Shown here piece after piece: positions 62,209 to 64,000 of a stretch of 64,000 nt of DNA. The position numbers were made by a program, and so were the translations under genes. The notes beneath the pieces are model-generated. The model was not told the origin of the DNA and did no database searches. It saw only the letters and a list, made by a program, of their open reading frames with translations. Every line of letters begins with the position of its first letter. Positions within the stretch are counted from its first letter, which is position 1. Source of the DNA: Candidatus Kapaibacterium sp. (GTDB lineage Bacteria; Bacteroidota; Ignavibacteria; Kapaibacteriales; UBA2268); NCBI GenBank assembly GCA_963664875.1, contig OY761611.1:1120001-1184000 (forward strand). The letters are read 5' to 3'.

Positions 62209-62648
62209 CAAAGCTCTACATATTGCTCTTTTTTCTTGTGTCATTATCAATATCCTGCAATGACGGTGACTATCGTAGCAAGCTGATTAGCAGAATATTT
62301 GAAAACCCTCACAAAATTGAGTTTTATGTAGAAAGACATTTGAAATACACCTCTCCCTATAAAGAAAGATATTTTTCTAATGAAGAGAAAAAAAATGCCA
62401 CATTGGAGCCGCTACGTAAAACTATAGAGGAATATTACAGCTCGGACTACAAAAAAGTTTGCGAAAAAGAAGTGCTTCGCTATACAAACTACTACGGGAT
62501 GAAAAACAATTACATAATAGAATATTACGCAGGCAGCAAACCTGATTTATTCATCAAAATTGATTGGGTCAGGAACTTATCAAATTATCAGCTTTTCGAT
62601 ATAGAAGTAGTCTCTCAGTGCTTTTGCGACACTCTTGACATACAATGA
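62202..62648 (+). CDS. Hypothetical lipoprotein
   Basis: MLAKLYILLFFLVSLSISC lipobox; overlaps the murI stop. Confidence 0.6.
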   Translation: MLAKLYILLFFLVSLSISCNDGDYRSKLISRIFENPHKIEFYVERHLKYTSPYKERYFSNEEKKNATLEPLRKTIEEYYSSDYKKVCEKEVLRYTNYYGMKNNYIIEYYAGSKPDLFIKIDWVRNLSNYQLFDIEVVSQCFCDTLDIQ

Positions 62649-62762
62649 TGCCATTCGAGAATGTTGCAGCATATAAATCCGGGCTGATTTGAGAGAAAGT
62701 GAGAGCAGTTACAAGATTTTTTAAAGCTCTTATGGATATATTTCGGCATCACTCATCTGAAT

Positions 62763-64000
62763 TTATAAAATAAGTATTTCAACTCTTCTATTCATTGCCT
62801 TTTGCTCTTCATCTGTACCTGTATATTTAGGTTTGGATTCGCCAAAACCCTGTACTTTTACTCTGTTTTCATCTACACCCTTAGAATTAAGGTAGCTTTT
62901 TACTGAAGAAGCTCTGCTCAGAGAAAGTTTATCGTTGAATTGTGCTGTTCCTGAATCATCTGTGTGCCCCTCAACTAAAATATTTACTTCTTGATTCTTT
63001 TTAAGCATAGTAACAATCCTGTCTAACTCAAGAAAACTTTCGGGGCTAAGTTTATCTGAAGCAAATTCAAAAGAGATATTTCCAAGTTCTGTGCGGGAAC
63101 CTTTTTTGATAGGCTGTAACTCAGCATTTATTTCTTTGATTTCATAAACACCTTCTTGAGGTATTTCTAATTTCTTTGATTGGACTAAGTAACCTTCACT
63201 TTCTATACTAATGCCGTAATCCTTGCCTCTTATCAGGGATGCCATATATTTACCATCGTTAGGGTTAGTTTCAACAGTTACTACATTTTTGTTATCAGTA
63301 AGATTGTCGATTATAACGTTTGCTTTCAGAGGTTTTTGAGTTATAGGGTCTATACATGTACCTTTTACAATGACAACGTCTTCTTGGCGAACTTGATCAT
63401 TGTCAGGAATTATTGCTTCATAAATTTTGCTCTGACCGTCTCTGTTAGAAAAGAAATAAGCTTTCTTTCCTGACGGCATTATTTTAAATCCGGCAGAAAA
63501 TGTAGAGTCAGTATTGATGGGCTCGGGGAGTTTTGTAATGTTAATCCAACTATCTCCCTCTTTTTCTGCCATATAAATAAACGAATCTCTATTAAAGTAA
63601 AGTGTTTTCCCATCCGAAGCTATAAATGGTAGCGATTCATTTTTTGCTGTATTTATTTCAATTGGTAGCGGTTCAATCTCAATCCAATTTCCGTCTTTGT
63701 CTATCTTGCAGGAATATAAATCATTCCCCCCTTTACCACACATACCATATTCATCATCTTTACCAAAATCTTCGCTGAATATTATGCTTTTTCCATCCGG
63801 GAAGATTGTAAAATCGCAATTCCTATATCTCCAAAAAGACTCAGGAATCCCTTTCTGTTCGTAATGTTTTATTTGGACATAATGCAGCTCGTTGTAATAG
63901 ATTTTTTCTGTTTTTTCATTTACTTGGAAAGAATACCCGTAATTTTTTACGAGATTCTTCATTGTCTGCTTTTTAATATCATCCCAGTTATCTTCGACCA
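62763..64000 (-). CDS. OmpA-family protein with PD40 repeats (PorE-like architecture), 5' end outside the window
   Basis: GGNDLY, INT..NE..PF, LYF PD40 motifs; carboxypeptidase-regulatory-like domain; EGHTD, LSLSRA, GFGESKP, NRRVE; frame stays open to base 64000. Confidence 0.85.
   Translation of the reverse strand, partial: VEDNWDDIKKQTMKNLVKNYGYSFQVNEKTEKIYYNELHYVQIKHYEQKGIPESFWRYRNCDFTIFPDGKSIIFSEDFGKDDEYGMCGKGGNDLYSCKIDKDGNWIEIEPLPIEINTAKNESLPFIASDGKTLYFNRDSFIYMAEKEGDSWINITKLPEPINTDSTFSAGFKIMPSGKKAYFFSNRDGQSKIYEAIIPDNDQVRQEDVVIVKGTCIDPITQKPLKANVIIDNLTDNKNVVTVETNPNDGKYMASLIRGKDYGISIESEGYLVQSKKLEIPQEGVYEIKEINAELQPIKKGSRTELGNISFEFASDKLSPESFLELDRIVTMLKKNQEVNILVEGHTDDSGTAQFNDKLSLSRASSVKSYLNSKGVDENRVKVQGFGESKPKYTGTDEEQKAMNRRVEILIL

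Noticed and set aside
62720-62760. Hammerhead-like cagatgag...cgaaa on the minus strand
   Set aside because: Core reads CAGA rather than CUGA and stem II cannot form

Overview
AT-rich bacterial chromosomal window, most consistent with the Bacteroidota-Chlorobiota-Ignavibacteriota grouping (Kapabacteria/Ignavibacteria-like; inferred from T9SS cargo C-termini, TAnnTTTG promoter elements coexisting with Shine-Dalgarno sites, an ACIII operon and a flagellar flbD). It holds housekeeping blocks (nusA-infB-rbfA-truB-ribF-rpsO-pnp without rimP; purM; murI; sodB; nrnA-like), dispersed acyl-CoA/lysine catabolism genes (hbd, acuI-like, gcdH, lat), a ~15 kb alternative complex III plus type A2 heme-copper oxidase operon, five predicted T9SS cargo proteins including a tandem DUF3160 pair, and an IPTL-CTERM surface protein. 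Most interesting: an orphan 4-TM protein carrying a GldL/PorL-like proton-motor helix pair, a ClpB gene that stops cleanly after NBD1, a STAND-like ATPase with a 2-TM C-terminus, a Tat-motif microprotein inside the ACIII operon, a shared ECF-like promoter motif before three T9SS cargo genes, a MITE-like element and a possible terminator/antiterminator switch. No rRNA, tRNA, CRISPR array or transposase was seen. All calls come from motif recognition by eye; no database searches were run.
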